A DNA stretch of 64,000 nt from the IMG/VR virus record IMGVR_UViG_3300023184_000025, positions 1-64,000 of that record; one strand, written 5' to 3'. The position numbers and the translations under genes were made by a program. This document shows positions 9,679 through 19,109 of this stretch, piece by piece (the first letter of the stretch is position 1; the number at the start of each line of letters is the position of its first letter). Below the pieces are notes generated by a model. The model searched no databases. It had not been told where the DNA came from and worked only from the letters and a program-made list of their open reading frames with translations.

Positions 9679-10470
9679 TTATTTATTTGACTGATCTTTA
9701 AGGATATCTATTATTTCATCTGGAATATGGTCGGGCATGACTGCATTTAATTTAATCATGATATCTCCTGTTGTTCCATTGTTTGAACGCAGACCTAGTC
9801 CTCGTAATCTCAATGTGGTGTTTGGATTAGTCATCGGAGGAACAGTCACTGACATTTCTCTACCTCTAAGGTCTTGTACTACTGCGTCAGTACCGATAAT
9901 TAATTCCCAAAAAGATGCATTGTGTTTGGCATAAAGATCATTGCCTTGTCTTGACCAAATTGGGTGTGGATGGATTCTAAACTGCACAACAAGATCGGAG
10001 TTACCCGGTCCGATACCCGGATAACGTATGTTAGATCCGTCTTCAACGCCTTCGGGTATGTGTATTTCAATTGCTGACGTGCCTAAATTTGATGTCACTG
10101 CTACAGTTCTTGCGCCACCAGTGACTACGTCGTCGAGCTTGATCCATAATGTCATACGTTGAAACGACTGTCTCGGTTGATTAACATTCATCCTAGCGCC
10201 AAACATATTAAAAATAGCATCCATATCAAATGGGTCCTGGCCGGCACCCGGACCACTAGATCTAAAATTAAAATTAGTCTGTGGAGTATCGTATTGTGCT
10301 CGTTTTTCTGGATCACTTAGTGTTCTGTATGCTTCTTCTACTTCTTGAAACTTTTTTGTATCACCACCCTTATCTGGATGGTGCTGGCTGGCCAGCTTAC
10401 GATAAGCTTTTTTAATTTCATCAGCGGCAGCAGTTTTGGGCACACCTAATGTGGCATAGTGATCTGTCAT
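9679..10470 (-). CDS. DnaJ class B (CbpA-like) co-chaperone
   Basis: J-domain with HPD motif, G/F-rich region and DnaJ C-terminal domain; no zinc finger. Confidence 0.9.
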   Translation of the reverse strand: MTDHYATLGVPKTAAADEIKKAYRKLASQHHPDKGGDTKKFQEVEEAYRTLSDPEKRAQYDTPQTNFNFRSSGPGAGQDPFDMDAIFNMFGARMNVNQPRQSFQRMTLWIKLDDVVTGGARTVAVTSNLGTSAIEIHIPEGVEDGSNIRYPGIGPGNSDLVVQFRIHPHPIWSRQGNDLYAKHNASFWELIIGTDAVVQDLRGREMSVTVPPMTNPNTTLRLRGLGLRSNNGTTGDIMIKLNAVMPDHIPDEIIDILKDQSNK

Positions 10471-10518
10471 AAAAAATCCTGTACAGTTAATTATACAGGA
10501 TTGTTAGCCAAGTGTTAA
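10471..10518 (-). promoter_or_regulatory. Terminator-like hairpin overlapping a sigma70-type promoter upstream of the dnaJ-like gene
   Basis: AATCCTGTA-N10-TACAGGATT followed by a T-run on the minus strand; TTAACA (10518-10513)-N17-TATAAT (10495-10490). Confidence 0.55.
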
Positions 10519-10521
10519 TAA

Positions 10522-10731
10522 TTATTTCTTGCCATCTGGGACTTTTTCACCTTCAAATTTCTTGTGTACTTTGATTTTTTTACAAGTTTGTTTTGGTGTT
10601 CCGTCGGCCTTTTTGATCACATTGCCCTTGGCGTCCTTGACGTCTGTGCAAACTTGTTTTTCTTCTCCACCAGCTACTGATGGGCCGGATAATACCAAAC
10701 ATAGACCTGCTACAAATATAACATTTTTCAT
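10522..10731 (-). CDS. Small secreted basic protein (2 Cys)
   Basis: Likely start MKNVIFVAGLCLVLS (signal peptide) at 10731 rather than 10839. Confidence 0.6.
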   Translation of the reverse strand: MKNVIFVAGLCLVLSGPSVAGGEEKQVCTDVKDAKGNVIKKADGTPKQTCKKIKVHKKFEGEKVPDGKK

Positions 10732-10733
10732 TT

Positions 10734-10856
10734 TTATGTTTCTTTCTTGGCCAACATAGCTTGAATTTTTTCCTGAATGATCTTTGCCCAAAACGGTTGT
10801 GGGAAATTCCATCCTACAAATGCTCCTAGTGCTATCCAAAATAATGTATCTAACAT
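10734..10856 (-). CDS. Small membrane protein (40 aa)
   Basis: Hand-translated MLDTLFWIALGAFVGWNFPQPFWAKIIQEKIQAMLAKKET*; AGGA Shine-Dalgarno upstream. Confidence 0.6.
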   Translation of the reverse strand: MLDTLFWIALGAFVGWNFPQPFWAKIIQEKIQAMLAKKET

Positions 10857-10868
10857 AACTTATTCCTA

Positions 10869-11459
10869 TTAAATTTCTGGGTTAACCTGAGGCGGCGGTG
10901 CTTTCTTTCCACCAAACCCAATGGTAATTGGCGCTGGATTACTGGCAGTCACTGCTGGTGAGCCAAAGTCGCTGCCAAATCCTGCTGGCGCTGGGGGTAC
11001 TGCTCCAAATCCAGGTGCTGAACTTCCGAACCCACCACCAATGGGTGCGGTGCCCCAGGACTGTGTGACTGTTGTTGCTGTTGGTGCACCAAATGCACCG
11101 GGTCCGGACTGTTGTACTGCGCCCGGCGTTTGATATGTTGTTCCGACATTTGGTGGTAAGTTGATTCCGCCATTATTTGCTCCTGCTAATTTTTCTTGTG
11201 TACGACCGTATGCAGCCAGACCAAGTACAGCACCCATACTAATGTGAAATAGTCCTGCGCCTTGTAGCGTCAACGGTTGCCATTGGACATTTACTCCGCC
11301 ATGAAATAATGCTTGTGTCAGACTCCATAATACTGGAGCAATCACAAAGTCAAATATGCACACGCCCATGTACATCCATCCCATCATAGGGCGCCACTTT
11401 GAGTTCATCCAGTCTTCTTTTTTCTTTTCTGACTCGCTTATTTTTTCTGACATTGTCAA
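10869..11459 (-). CDS. Holin-like protein (GTA 3TM holin family) with Gly/Pro-rich tail
   Basis: WRPMMGWMY motif, hydrophobic helices and GLAAYGRTQEK; lies in the lysis cassette. Confidence 0.7.
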   Translation of the reverse strand: MTMSEKISESEKKKEDWMNSKWRPMMGWMYMGVCIFDFVIAPVLWSLTQALFHGGVNVQWQPLTLQGAGLFHISMGAVLGLAAYGRTQEKLAGANNGGINLPPNVGTTYQTPGAVQQSGPGAFGAPTATTVTQSWGTAPIGGGFGSSAPGFGAVPPAPAGFGSDFGSPAVTASNPAPITIGFGGKKAPPPQVNPEI

Positions 11460-11471
11460 CTCCGTTTTATA

Positions 11472-12416
11472 TTAATTTGGATTAGCAAAATAAATGGTAG
11501 CACCCTGTGGCTGTACAGCACGGGCATTGCCATCAGGGAATACTGTTTTAAATTGTGCTACTTGTGCCACTGACAACTGGATGGGTTGTCTAAACAGTAC
11601 CCAAGAAACAATTTGTGGATATGCTTGTTGAGTCAATTGACGCTGTGGATTGCCCCACCATGGACGACTGTTGGCAGGGTTAGTGGTGGCAACACAGGTG
11701 CTATTGGCACCCAGCGTACCAATTGAAATTGGTGCAGTTAATCCGCCACTGTATCTATAACTTGGTGCTGTGTTGAAGTTGGCCATGCCCATCATTGATG
11801 CAATGTTGAAACTGACAGTCTGACCAGAATTTGCACCGCTGGCGTTGGCAGCCGGAATTGCATTAAACACACTGGCCCAGGCAGCATTTGGTGTATTACC
11901 ATTGCCCACCATGCGTTGACCTAATACCAACAAACTGTCAGAGTTACACAATCCATAAGGACCAGTAAAATCTGCCAATTTGAAATAAACAAAGTGTACT
12001 TCTAAATCAGTAACTGAATTATTAATCCAATGCTCTGCTGGTCCATGAAAGTGAAACTCTAGCAAGCAGTATTGAGCACCCCCAAATACAATACCAGGAG
12101 CACATGAACCTGCATTGGGATTGTTGAGTTTGTAGGTACCCCAACGTGTGTTGGCAATAGGATATGCGTTTGCACCAGCAGATGCTGTGGGTAAAGTACA
12201 CACATCACCTGCGCCACTGTTGCAAAATGCGGAATTTAGTGTGTTTTGAGTTGCAAAAGTAAATGTGGCATTTAACCCACTGTAACTGGTAAACTGGGCT
12301 GGGCTACCTTGTGGAGTAGTTGCTGTGATGTTTACTGGTGTTTGGCTCTGAGAATTGACCTGCAATGAAGTTAATCCAAGAATAAAAATTGTAGTTAATA
12401 TTCTAATATATTTCAT
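11472..12416 (-). CDS. Secreted alpha-carbonic anhydrase-like protein
   Basis: Signal peptide; EFHFH..AEH and LEVHFV (three Zn-binding His); YRYSGGLTAP, VSWVLFRQPIQLS and NARAVQP motifs. Confidence 0.82.
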   Translation of the reverse strand: MKYIRILTTIFILGLTSLQVNSQSQTPVNITATTPQGSPAQFTSYSGLNATFTFATQNTLNSAFCNSGAGDVCTLPTASAGANAYPIANTRWGTYKLNNPNAGSCAPGIVFGGAQYCLLEFHFHGPAEHWINNSVTDLEVHFVYFKLADFTGPYGLCNSDSLLVLGQRMVGNGNTPNAAWASVFNAIPAANASGANSGQTVSFNIASMMGMANFNTAPSYRYSGGLTAPISIGTLGANSTCVATTNPANSRPWWGNPQRQLTQQAYPQIVSWVLFRQPIQLSVAQVAQFKTVFPDGNARAVQPQGATIYFANPN

Positions 12417-12417
12417 T

Positions 12418-13029
12418 TTATTTTCCTTTTGTTTTGTATTCTGCTTTGTCTTGCGCCTTAATTGGAAGACTCACAGGATATTTAGCACATGCATCAGGAT
12501 CACCCTGACCGGCTTCGGTCAAAAATGATGTTGCTGGTGGTACTTGACCTGTAGGACATGAACATACTGCTATACCGTCAGCACCTTTGACACAATTCCA
12601 ACTAAAACAGTTGCTTGATTGTGCGCCAAGATTTAAACTAGCATCACACTTTTGTACTGTGGCCTTTTGTTTCCAAGGCAATGGGCTAAAGTTGTTGGCT
12701 TCCTGTGGATAAAAGATTTTAGGTGCAAACAAACTCCAGACATGATTGCTATCTGTTGCGGCACAGCTTCCCTTCATATTACCAGCACTAGTATCAGCAA
12801 TAGAAACACCATTAAGAATAGGACAACGACATTCTACTTCAGGGTAAGGTACGCCATTGTTACCAGTGATCATTTTTGATGTTCCATCTTTGTTCAGGAC
12901 TGGTTTACAAGTACTTGCGGCACATAGTGCATATTCTCCTGTACAAGTCGTAATGCCAGCTGGAGATGGTTGAGCAAATACCGAGGTTGATAGCATTAAG
13001 AATGCCAGGATTGTTAATAGTTTTTTCAT
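12418..13029 (-). CDS. Secreted Cys-rich protein
   Basis: Signal peptide (…SVFA|Q) and about 12 Cys in the mature part. Confidence 0.7.
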   Translation of the reverse strand: MKKLLTILAFLMLSTSVFAQPSPAGITTCTGEYALCAASTCKPVLNKDGTSKMITGNNGVPYPEVECRCPILNGVSIADTSAGNMKGSCAATDSNHVWSLFAPKIFYPQEANNFSPLPWKQKATVQKCDASLNLGAQSSNCFSWNCVKGADGIAVCSCPTGQVPPATSFLTEAGQGDPDACAKYPVSLPIKAQDKAEYKTKGK

Positions 13030-13039
13030 TTGTTTCCTT

Positions 13040-13228
13040 TTATACTAATTTCATTGCTATGTTGCAAGCTTGCACAACATAGCGGAATAATTCTTCGTTG
13101 CCAGCGCATTCTTGAGCGGCACGAATGTCACGTATCTCGGTAAGAAGATAATTGTGTTCATCTTCTGAGATGTTGCCCATCTGGCATTGTTCAACAATGG
13201 CCTGAATTTCTTGTTCTAGTGTGTGCAT
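13040..13228 (-). CDS. Small hypothetical protein
   Basis: 62-aa ORF coupled to the upstream lipoprotein gene. Confidence 0.55.
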   Translation of the reverse strand: MHTLEQEIQAIVEQCQMGNISEDEHNYLLTEIRDIRAAQECAGNEELFRYVVQACNIAMKLV

Positions 13229-13581
13229 TATCTTCCTTGCCAGGCCAGCTTGGCAGCCTGTATACGTTGTGCGGCAGTTTTTTTTCCTAATTCGCAGAAC
13301 ATTTTACTACCGCCTTGACTCATACGCTCTGTATGTGTTTGTAGACCTTTTAAGTTTGGAGCCTGTGGATCTCCACGCCAGTCACTAAAACGTGCTAGAC
13401 GAGTTGCTAGATCAACCGCCTTTGACCAGTCTGGTAACTCACAATTAATACGCTCGACAGCAATATCTGTGTCAACTAATGCACCAAACATTTCAGGATC
13501 GTGTTCTCTGGGCCAGTACTCTTTGATAGTACTGCATCCTGTTAATGTAACAATTGCAACTAGTAATAAAACACGCTTCAT
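13228..13581 (-). CDS. Lipoprotein
   Basis: Start MKRVLLLVAIVTLTG|C (lipobox) at 13581. Confidence 0.7.
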   Translation of the reverse strand: MKRVLLLVAIVTLTGCSTIKEYWPREHDPEMFGALVDTDIAVERINCELPDWSKAVDLATRLARFSDWRGDPQAPNLKGLQTHTERMSQGGSKMFCELGKKTAAQRIQAAKLAWQGR

Positions 13582-13841
13582 TTTATGTCCTCGTATATTT
13601 TCTTCTGCACATGATACCATTCAATCCACATGTCAACCTTTACAGCACATTCGTAATAGGTTCCATAGTTTTCAGCTATAGTTTTAGACACATCACTGAG
13701 CACAGGATCTTCTTTTAACTTTTTTAAATTAGGGCAACGTTCTAGTGTATTTTTGCCCGGTGTGTTGGGAAAACTAGGAACAACAGGCACAGACGTACAA
13801 GCCGACAAGAACATAACTAGTGAGATAATAATATATTTCAT
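13578..13841 (-). CDS. Outer-membrane spanin (Rz1-like lipoprotein)
   Basis: Lipobox LSA|C, Pro-rich, C...Y.EC pattern; follows the i-spanin gene. Confidence 0.72.
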   Translation of the reverse strand: MKYIIISLVMFLSACTSVPVVPSFPNTPGKNTLERCPNLKKLKEDPVLSDVSKTIAENYGTYYECAVKVDMWIEWYHVQKKIYEDIK

Positions 13842-14299
13842 TTCTTGGGTACCTCTGCTGAATCATTATGTGCTCGAATAAATTCTGTTGGTATTTCGCA
13901 CTGGCCTCCTGGCATAAATTTAGTATCGTATTTTATAATCTCTTTGTCTATGTAACGTGTGACATATTCGGTGCGTCCTTTAATATATCTAACTTTGTCT
14001 TCACCTTTTTTGGCCAATGCTTCGTTGGCTTTGTTGGATTCTTGTTCTGCTTTTGCTACCTGTGCCTGCGCTTCATCAACCTTGGCACGCCAGGCCATTT
14101 CAGTGTCATATCCGCCACGTAACCATACGCCCAACAATAGAATAACAACACCAGTTGGTTTTAATATATGTGCATAGCTTCCATAAAATGGAATAAATTT
14201 ACCTAACCAACCTAACACAATGCTGATTACGCCAACTGCAATAATTGTCCAGTACACCCAGTTTAGCATTGCATCAGGTATGAGGTTTAGTATCCACAT
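13838..14299 (-). CDS. Inner-membrane spanin (Rz-like)
   Basis: N-terminal TM helices, coiled coil and C-terminal Cys; directly follows the endolysin. Confidence 0.72.
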   Translation of the reverse strand: MWILNLIPDAMLNWVYWTIIAVGVISIVLGWLGKFIPFYGSYAHILKPTGVVILLLGVWLRGGYDTEMAWRAKVDEAQAQVAKAEQESNKANEALAKKGEDKVRYIKGRTEYVTRYIDKEIIKYDTKFMPGGQCEIPTEFIRAHNDSAEVPKK

Positions 14300-14300
14300 A

Positions 14301-14936
14301 TCAATCTCCTAATATGTGCAGAGCATGATTGTAGTGTTTAATACGATCGTCTAAGCCAATGGTACCACCGTTGATGCGTTTGGTGGCAGTGAGCACATCA
14401 CCTTTGTCGGCCCACTGATTTAGATTGTTGGTTTCCCAAAACCAACAGGCTGATTGTACAGCACCTTCAAAGGTTGCTAGATATTCAGGCACATCCTCTA
14501 CAGCGGTTTCAATGCTCATGGCAAAATTTTCATAGTTGGACTTGCCAGTTAACTGAATTAGTCCCCGGCCACAATAACGATAACCATCTCCGGATTCTTC
14601 TGGACCGTTGCCCATTCTATTAGCATATATTCTATTGGCAATTGCTTCTTGTTTGTTGGGCAAACTGGCATATTGAGTGGCCATTGCATCATTGGGGAAA
14701 TATTTTGGAAATATCTTGCGTAAACTTGCTGCCTTGTAATTTAAATTTTCTTTAATGGCTCGAAAACCTCCAGATTCGTGTGCGCATTGTGCAATAAACA
14801 TTGCCACACGAGATTTAGTATTGATGTCGTAATCGGGTAATATTTCTGCCACTGCTTCGTACCAATGATCAATATAGGGATTACCAGGAACCATTTGATT
14901 TAATTGTTGCTGTGTAAATTCAAAGTCAAAACTCAT
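14301..14936 (-). CDS. Glycoside hydrolase family 19 endolysin
   Basis: FIAQCAHESGGF, ENLNY, YCGRGLIQLTG..NY and TKRINGG motifs. Confidence 0.92.
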   Translation of the reverse strand: MSFDFEFTQQQLNQMVPGNPYIDHWYEAVAEILPDYDINTKSRVAMFIAQCAHESGGFRAIKENLNYKAASLRKIFPKYFPNDAMATQYASLPNKQEAIANRIYANRMGNGPEESGDGYRYCGRGLIQLTGKSNYENFAMSIETAVEDVPEYLATFEGAVQSACWFWETNNLNQWADKGDVLTATKRINGGTIGLDDRIKHYNHALHILGD

Positions 14937-14993
14937 AATATTGTCCTATTTGAAAAGTATTTATGGAATTCAGAATTTTATAAGTATATTATA

Positions 14994-16127
14994 ATGAATG
15001 TTTTGATTCTCACTCCCGACCGTGTTGGCAGTACTCTACTACAACGATTAATCACTGTTTACATGAATGCACACGCATTTGATCAGCCTGTGATTAATTT
15101 ACATGAATTAACCAACGGCATTATGAAGTATTATAGCCCTACATTCAATCAAGAAGTGCTGGGCAAGTTTGAAGACCGACAAAAATGGGGGTATTATCAA
15201 ACTCTTGAAGAAATCACAGAACTTCTTGGCTCAGTTGAACATTATAAAACCACAAGACTAGCACATTATCATATTAAAAAACGACAGGACACTATTGCTA
15301 GTCAAGTTCCTTTTTACGAATACCTAAATCAAAATTTCTACATCATCAGTGCCCAACGAGACAATTTGTTTGAGCATGGACTCAGTTGGTGTATATCAAA
15401 CGAGTCAAAGAAATTAAATGTGTTTAGCCATCAAGAAAAAGTTGATGCATTTTCTAACATTTATAAAAATAAAATCAACGTTGATCCATTGGCGCTGATA
15501 AAATACCTTGACCAGTATGTTGAGTATCTGGCCTGGGTAGACAATCACTTTGACGTTAACTCGTATTTTAAATACGACAAAGATATGTCAAGACTTGAAG
15601 AGTACATACTTGGGCTGTCTATCTTTAGCCAGCAACCAAACAAAAGGTCCTGGAAAGACATCTTTGAACTAGAGTTTGCTGACTGGAACAAGTGTCATTA
15701 CCTAATCAGCGATCTAAGCGGAATCAGCACACAACTACCATCTGTTGACCATCCAAAGTTGACCTATGACGGAAAAGAATCCAACTTTGATAATGTGCAA
15801 CTACAAAGCCTGGCAAGAACAGAGATACCAAAGTCTTTGTCTGTGGTCGATCAACGGTTCTTAATAAAAAATGGCCCAGGGTATCAAAAAGCACACAATG
15901 CTATCAACCAGCTGGTAGAAAACAAAGTACTAGTTACGCCTGTGCCAATAAAACTGCAAACAATGCTGGAAAAGAAGTTATTAATTAATAATTTTTCTCA
16001 GTGTGTTGATGTGTATAACAAATGGTCAGAGTCAACAGGCATGGGTATTCAGTACTCTGATGAAGATATTGAGTTGTCAATAAAAGAAGAAATCAAAACC
16101 TGGCATGCTACTGCTTTGTTAAAGTAA
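14994..16127 (+). CDS. Sulfotransferase-like protein
   Basis: Likely start MNVLIL at 14994; TPDRVGSTLL resembles the 5'-PSB loop; R.NLFE..LSW resembles Stf0-type proteins. Confidence 0.5.
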   Translation: MNVLILTPDRVGSTLLQRLITVYMNAHAFDQPVINLHELTNGIMKYYSPTFNQEVLGKFEDRQKWGYYQTLEEITELLGSVEHYKTTRLAHYHIKKRQDTIASQVPFYEYLNQNFYIISAQRDNLFEHGLSWCISNESKKLNVFSHQEKVDAFSNIYKNKINVDPLALIKYLDQYVEYLAWVDNHFDVNSYFKYDKDMSRLEEYILGLSIFSQQPNKRSWKDIFELEFADWNKCHYLISDLSGISTQLPSVDHPKLTYDGKESNFDNVQLQSLARTEIPKSLSVVDQRFLIKNGPGYQKAHNAINQLVENKVLVTPVPIKLQTMLEKKLLINNFSQCVDVYNKWSESTGMGIQYSDEDIELSIKEEIKTWHATALLK

Positions 16128-16964
16128 CTCTGTAATTTTGTCCACAAAGGCAGAGGCAGTTTTGATATCATAATGATATCCGTCCCGGGCAAGATCTAAT
16201 TTTTCAAATTCAGGAATAAATTGTACATCTGGCAATTGCTCTTGAAACATTGATTTAAAACCAGACGCACAGAAATTTGGAATAACGCTGTGAATTATGT
16301 TGCAGTTGCCTTTGTTTTCTTCTATCTTGTTAATACAATCAATAGTTAATGCTATGTCTGCTTCATCTGTGCTTTTGACAAAATGCAGTTTTAAATCCTC
16401 GTCACTGACGTTTGTCCAAGATTGATCAGAATTTTTTAATTCTTCTTGAATAAAGTTGGGTAGGATATCTATATCAATGACGTTGGGACATGCGGGCCAG
16501 GAAGAATCTTTTACATTGTTATAAAAGTCCTTCCACTTTTTATTTAAGACTGTTTGATATTCATTTTCTCTACGATGCAGATAACTCCAGTGTATGATCA
16601 CCATTTCAGGAACAATTTCTTCAATAACTGTTAATGCTTTTCTTGTAATCCATGAATTACTACCACCGTCCATGCTTACATTTACAATTCTTTGTTTCAA
16701 CTGAGACTGTAGTATATTTGGCCAAGTGTGAGATAACGGGCTTCCAATGCCCACAGTAAAGCTATCACCAATGCACCAAATTGATCTTTTTAAATCTACT
16801 GGCCATTCAGAATCTCTGAAGCCTCGACTGTTGTGTTTGTAATCTACAACAAATTTATATCTAGTAAAATGATTTTTATCTAGTGCCAATTTAATGTTGT
16901 CAATGCCACTGTATTCCCAACGTTGATTTATCCTACTAGGTAAAATAAAATCAGGTAAAATCAC
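16119..16964 (-). CDS. SGNH/GDSL-hydrolase-like protein
   Basis: NSRGFR, CIGDSFTVG, NVSMDGGSN and RDGYH motifs. Confidence 0.65.
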   Translation of the reverse strand: MILPDFILPSRINQRWEYSGIDNIKLALDKNHFTRYKFVVDYKHNSRGFRDSEWPVDLKRSIWCIGDSFTVGIGSPLSHTWPNILQSQLKQRIVNVSMDGGSNSWITRKALTVIEEIVPEMVIIHWSYLHRRENEYQTVLNKKWKDFYNNVKDSSWPACPNVIDIDILPNFIQEELKNSDQSWTNVSDEDLKLHFVKSTDEADIALTIDCINKIEENKGNCNIIHSVIPNFCASGFKSMFQEQLPDVQFIPEFEKLDLARDGYHYDIKTASAFVDKITELL

Positions 16965-17830
16965 TCAAGACCCATGCTCTTACGAATTTTAGTTGCGCTG
17001 ATATCAGTTATTGATGAGTCAAATGACTCTTGTTCAATCTTATAGCCAACATCTCTACCATAGGTAATGTTTACAATGTTAGGTACAACCTGTATTTCAT
17101 ACTGTCCTTGATACAAAGTATCTAAGTCACGCCGTATGAAAGATTTGACTTTTTCAATTTCAAATGGGTTAGAGCCTTGCCACCCTTGACAGTCACGTAT
17201 TTGAATTACCACTTGCCCTGTCTTGGCAATAGCACGTTCAAACAAAGCTCGATGGCCAGCATGCCAGGGCTGCCAACGACCTAACATTTGTACAGTTTCT
17301 TTTTGCCAATCAAACACTGGCCGACGGCGATTTTCTAATATATGCGATCCAATAAACTCAGCCCATTTTTCAGCATTTTGTTCTGTAATTCTAAAGTCAT
17401 ATACTTCAGGCGGAACAAAGGCCTTGTTGGTATCTTCGTAACGGCCTTTATCAATGGTGTCAACCCAGATGGTCCAATCAGCTTTGAAATTGTTGCGCAT
17501 CTCTACCAATGGTGCAACAAAGTCACAGATCACATATTCTCCTGAGCACTCTATGGCAAATTGGAACATACGCAAACTTTGACGAATACGTCCAGCATCA
17601 GAAAAATCCCAATCGTTATACTTTTTACGAATGTCGTCGGCATTGAACCAATCAACACCTACATTCATAAAGTTGGGACCGGGTATTCCTTCATAATTCA
17701 TTACTCGACTGGGATTAATTTTCATTAAATCCCCATTGGTTTCAATATATTGTTTTAGTGCCTGTGCTAGATATGTTTTGCCTGCACCGGGCAAGCCCAT
17801 TATTAAAATACGTTGTGTGCTCATTTCCAT
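16961..17830 (-). CDS. Adenylylsulfate (APS) kinase-like domain fused to an HxGH nucleotidyltransferase domain
   Basis: GLPGAGKT, NADDIR, DFS..GR and DFVAP (CysC-like); C-terminal GRWQPWHAGH and ISATKIR. Confidence 0.78.
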   Translation of the reverse strand: MEMSTQRILIMGLPGAGKTYLAQALKQYIETNGDLMKINPSRVMNYEGIPGPNFMNVGVDWFNADDIRKKYNDWDFSDAGRIRQSLRMFQFAIECSGEYVICDFVAPLVEMRNNFKADWTIWVDTIDKGRYEDTNKAFVPPEVYDFRITEQNAEKWAEFIGSHILENRRRPVFDWQKETVQMLGRWQPWHAGHRALFERAIAKTGQVVIQIRDCQGWQGSNPFEIEKVKSFIRRDLDTLYQGQYEIQVVPNIVNITYGRDVGYKIEQESFDSSITDISATKIRKSMGLE

Positions 17831-18447
17831 TTCCTTGAAGAGTGTTTTGCTAAATCATCTGTGGGATGATAATCCACAGGTTGAAAGTATTTACGATTGG
17901 TATCATCTTGTAAAATTTTATTTAATACTGGGTCTTTAAAATCTATTGGGAATTCCAATTGCTTTGAAATTTGCCGCAAATAATTTTCTTTATAAAGATG
18001 CAGTAACTCATAACTTAGGAATACAGGACTCCATGTTGTTAATTTTTCATATTCTGCCAGTGCTATATCAAATGTGGGTTCGCCGCGCACACGAGTTTCT
18101 TGACAGTTTAATACATTACGATCTCTACCAATGATAGCAATCTTTACCTGTATGCCCAGACCCATTGCAGTGGCAGCAAAACGCACAATATTGGGCACAG
18201 TACGCTCACCGTTCATCATGTACGGTGTACTTACACTGGTCACAAAGTACTTGCATTCACCCCAGACAAACTCTTTTAATAGATCGGGGTTCTCCCAACA
18301 GGCCGCAAAGGGTTCTTGATCATGCCCTATCCAGTATTCGTGTAACAAGGCATGCCATGCATACACATCAGGGTGTAAGGCAAAGATCTTGCTCCATAAA
18401 TGATTTCCCGAACCCTGCGGTCCTGTCAGGATTAACAGAGTTTTCAT
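17821..18447 (-). CDS. Sulfotransferase-like P-loop protein
   Basis: ILTGPQGSGNHLW, IIGRD and LSYELL motifs. Confidence 0.5.
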   Translation of the reverse strand: MKTLLILTGPQGSGNHLWSKIFALHPDVYAWHALLHEYWIGHDQEPFAACWENPDLLKEFVWGECKYFVTSVSTPYMMNGERTVPNIVRFAATAMGLGIQVKIAIIGRDRNVLNCQETRVRGEPTFDIALAEYEKLTTWSPVFLSYELLHLYKENYLRQISKQLEFPIDFKDPVLNKILQDDTNRKYFQPVDYHPTDDLAKHSSRKWK

Positions 18448-19109
18448 CTTGGCAAATGAGCTAGAAATTCTTGTGTGCGATCAGTTATAACGCCTGTTAA
18501 TTGTAGCGTTACTCGGGGATGGTGCCCAGCATTAGCAGTCGAGTGTGGCATGTTGACCCAGTCAAATGTGCTGACATCACCGGAACGCCATTGATTCCAG
18601 TGATGGTTACCATATTCCCAGAACTGTCCAGGTTGCCAGTCTGTGAGCTGAACAAATATACGCATCACACGTGAGGGATCTTCAGGATTCCATTTCTGTA
18701 ATTTATCCATGTGTAGGTTCCAAACTTCCCCAGGCTGTTGCACATGAATACGTTCCATGCAGTCGTCTAGCGCAAACTGGTTGGAAATCTTTTTGAGCGA
18801 CTCGGGCATGTTCCAGTTTAAATGAGTGATAATTATTTTGGGGTCTACACCCACACGCTCTAGATCATATTCTTCTGCCACCAGGTCCTCACGTGGAGGC
18901 AACACACCCTCGCCTTTGTAACCACGTGTTTCCCAGGTGGCCGGCTTGGAATTGGCCACTATGTCAGCAACATCAGCTGACCACGTGGGTTCAATGTGTC
19001 CTAGATGTGCAATTACATCTTCAAAACGATCCAATCTTTTACTATCAAAATGGTATGTGCTGGTGCTTTTGGTGAAATCCCAACTGCTTTTAAATTCGTC
19101 TGTTATCAT
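18444..19109 (-). CDS. 2OG-Fe(II) oxygenase / cupin-fold protein
   Basis: Q.PG...LHMD...PHSTANAG..PR.TLQ (HxD...H, R). Confidence 0.72.
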   Translation of the reverse strand: MITDEFKSSWDFTKSTSTYHFDSKRLDRFEDVIAHLGHIEPTWSADVADIVANSKPATWETRGYKGEGVLPPREDLVAEEYDLERVGVDPKIIITHLNWNMPESLKKISNQFALDDCMERIHVQQPGEVWNLHMDKLQKWNPEDPSRVMRIFVQLTDWQPGQFWEYGNHHWNQWRSGDVSTFDWVNMPHSTANAGHHPRVTLQLTGVITDRTQEFLAHLPR

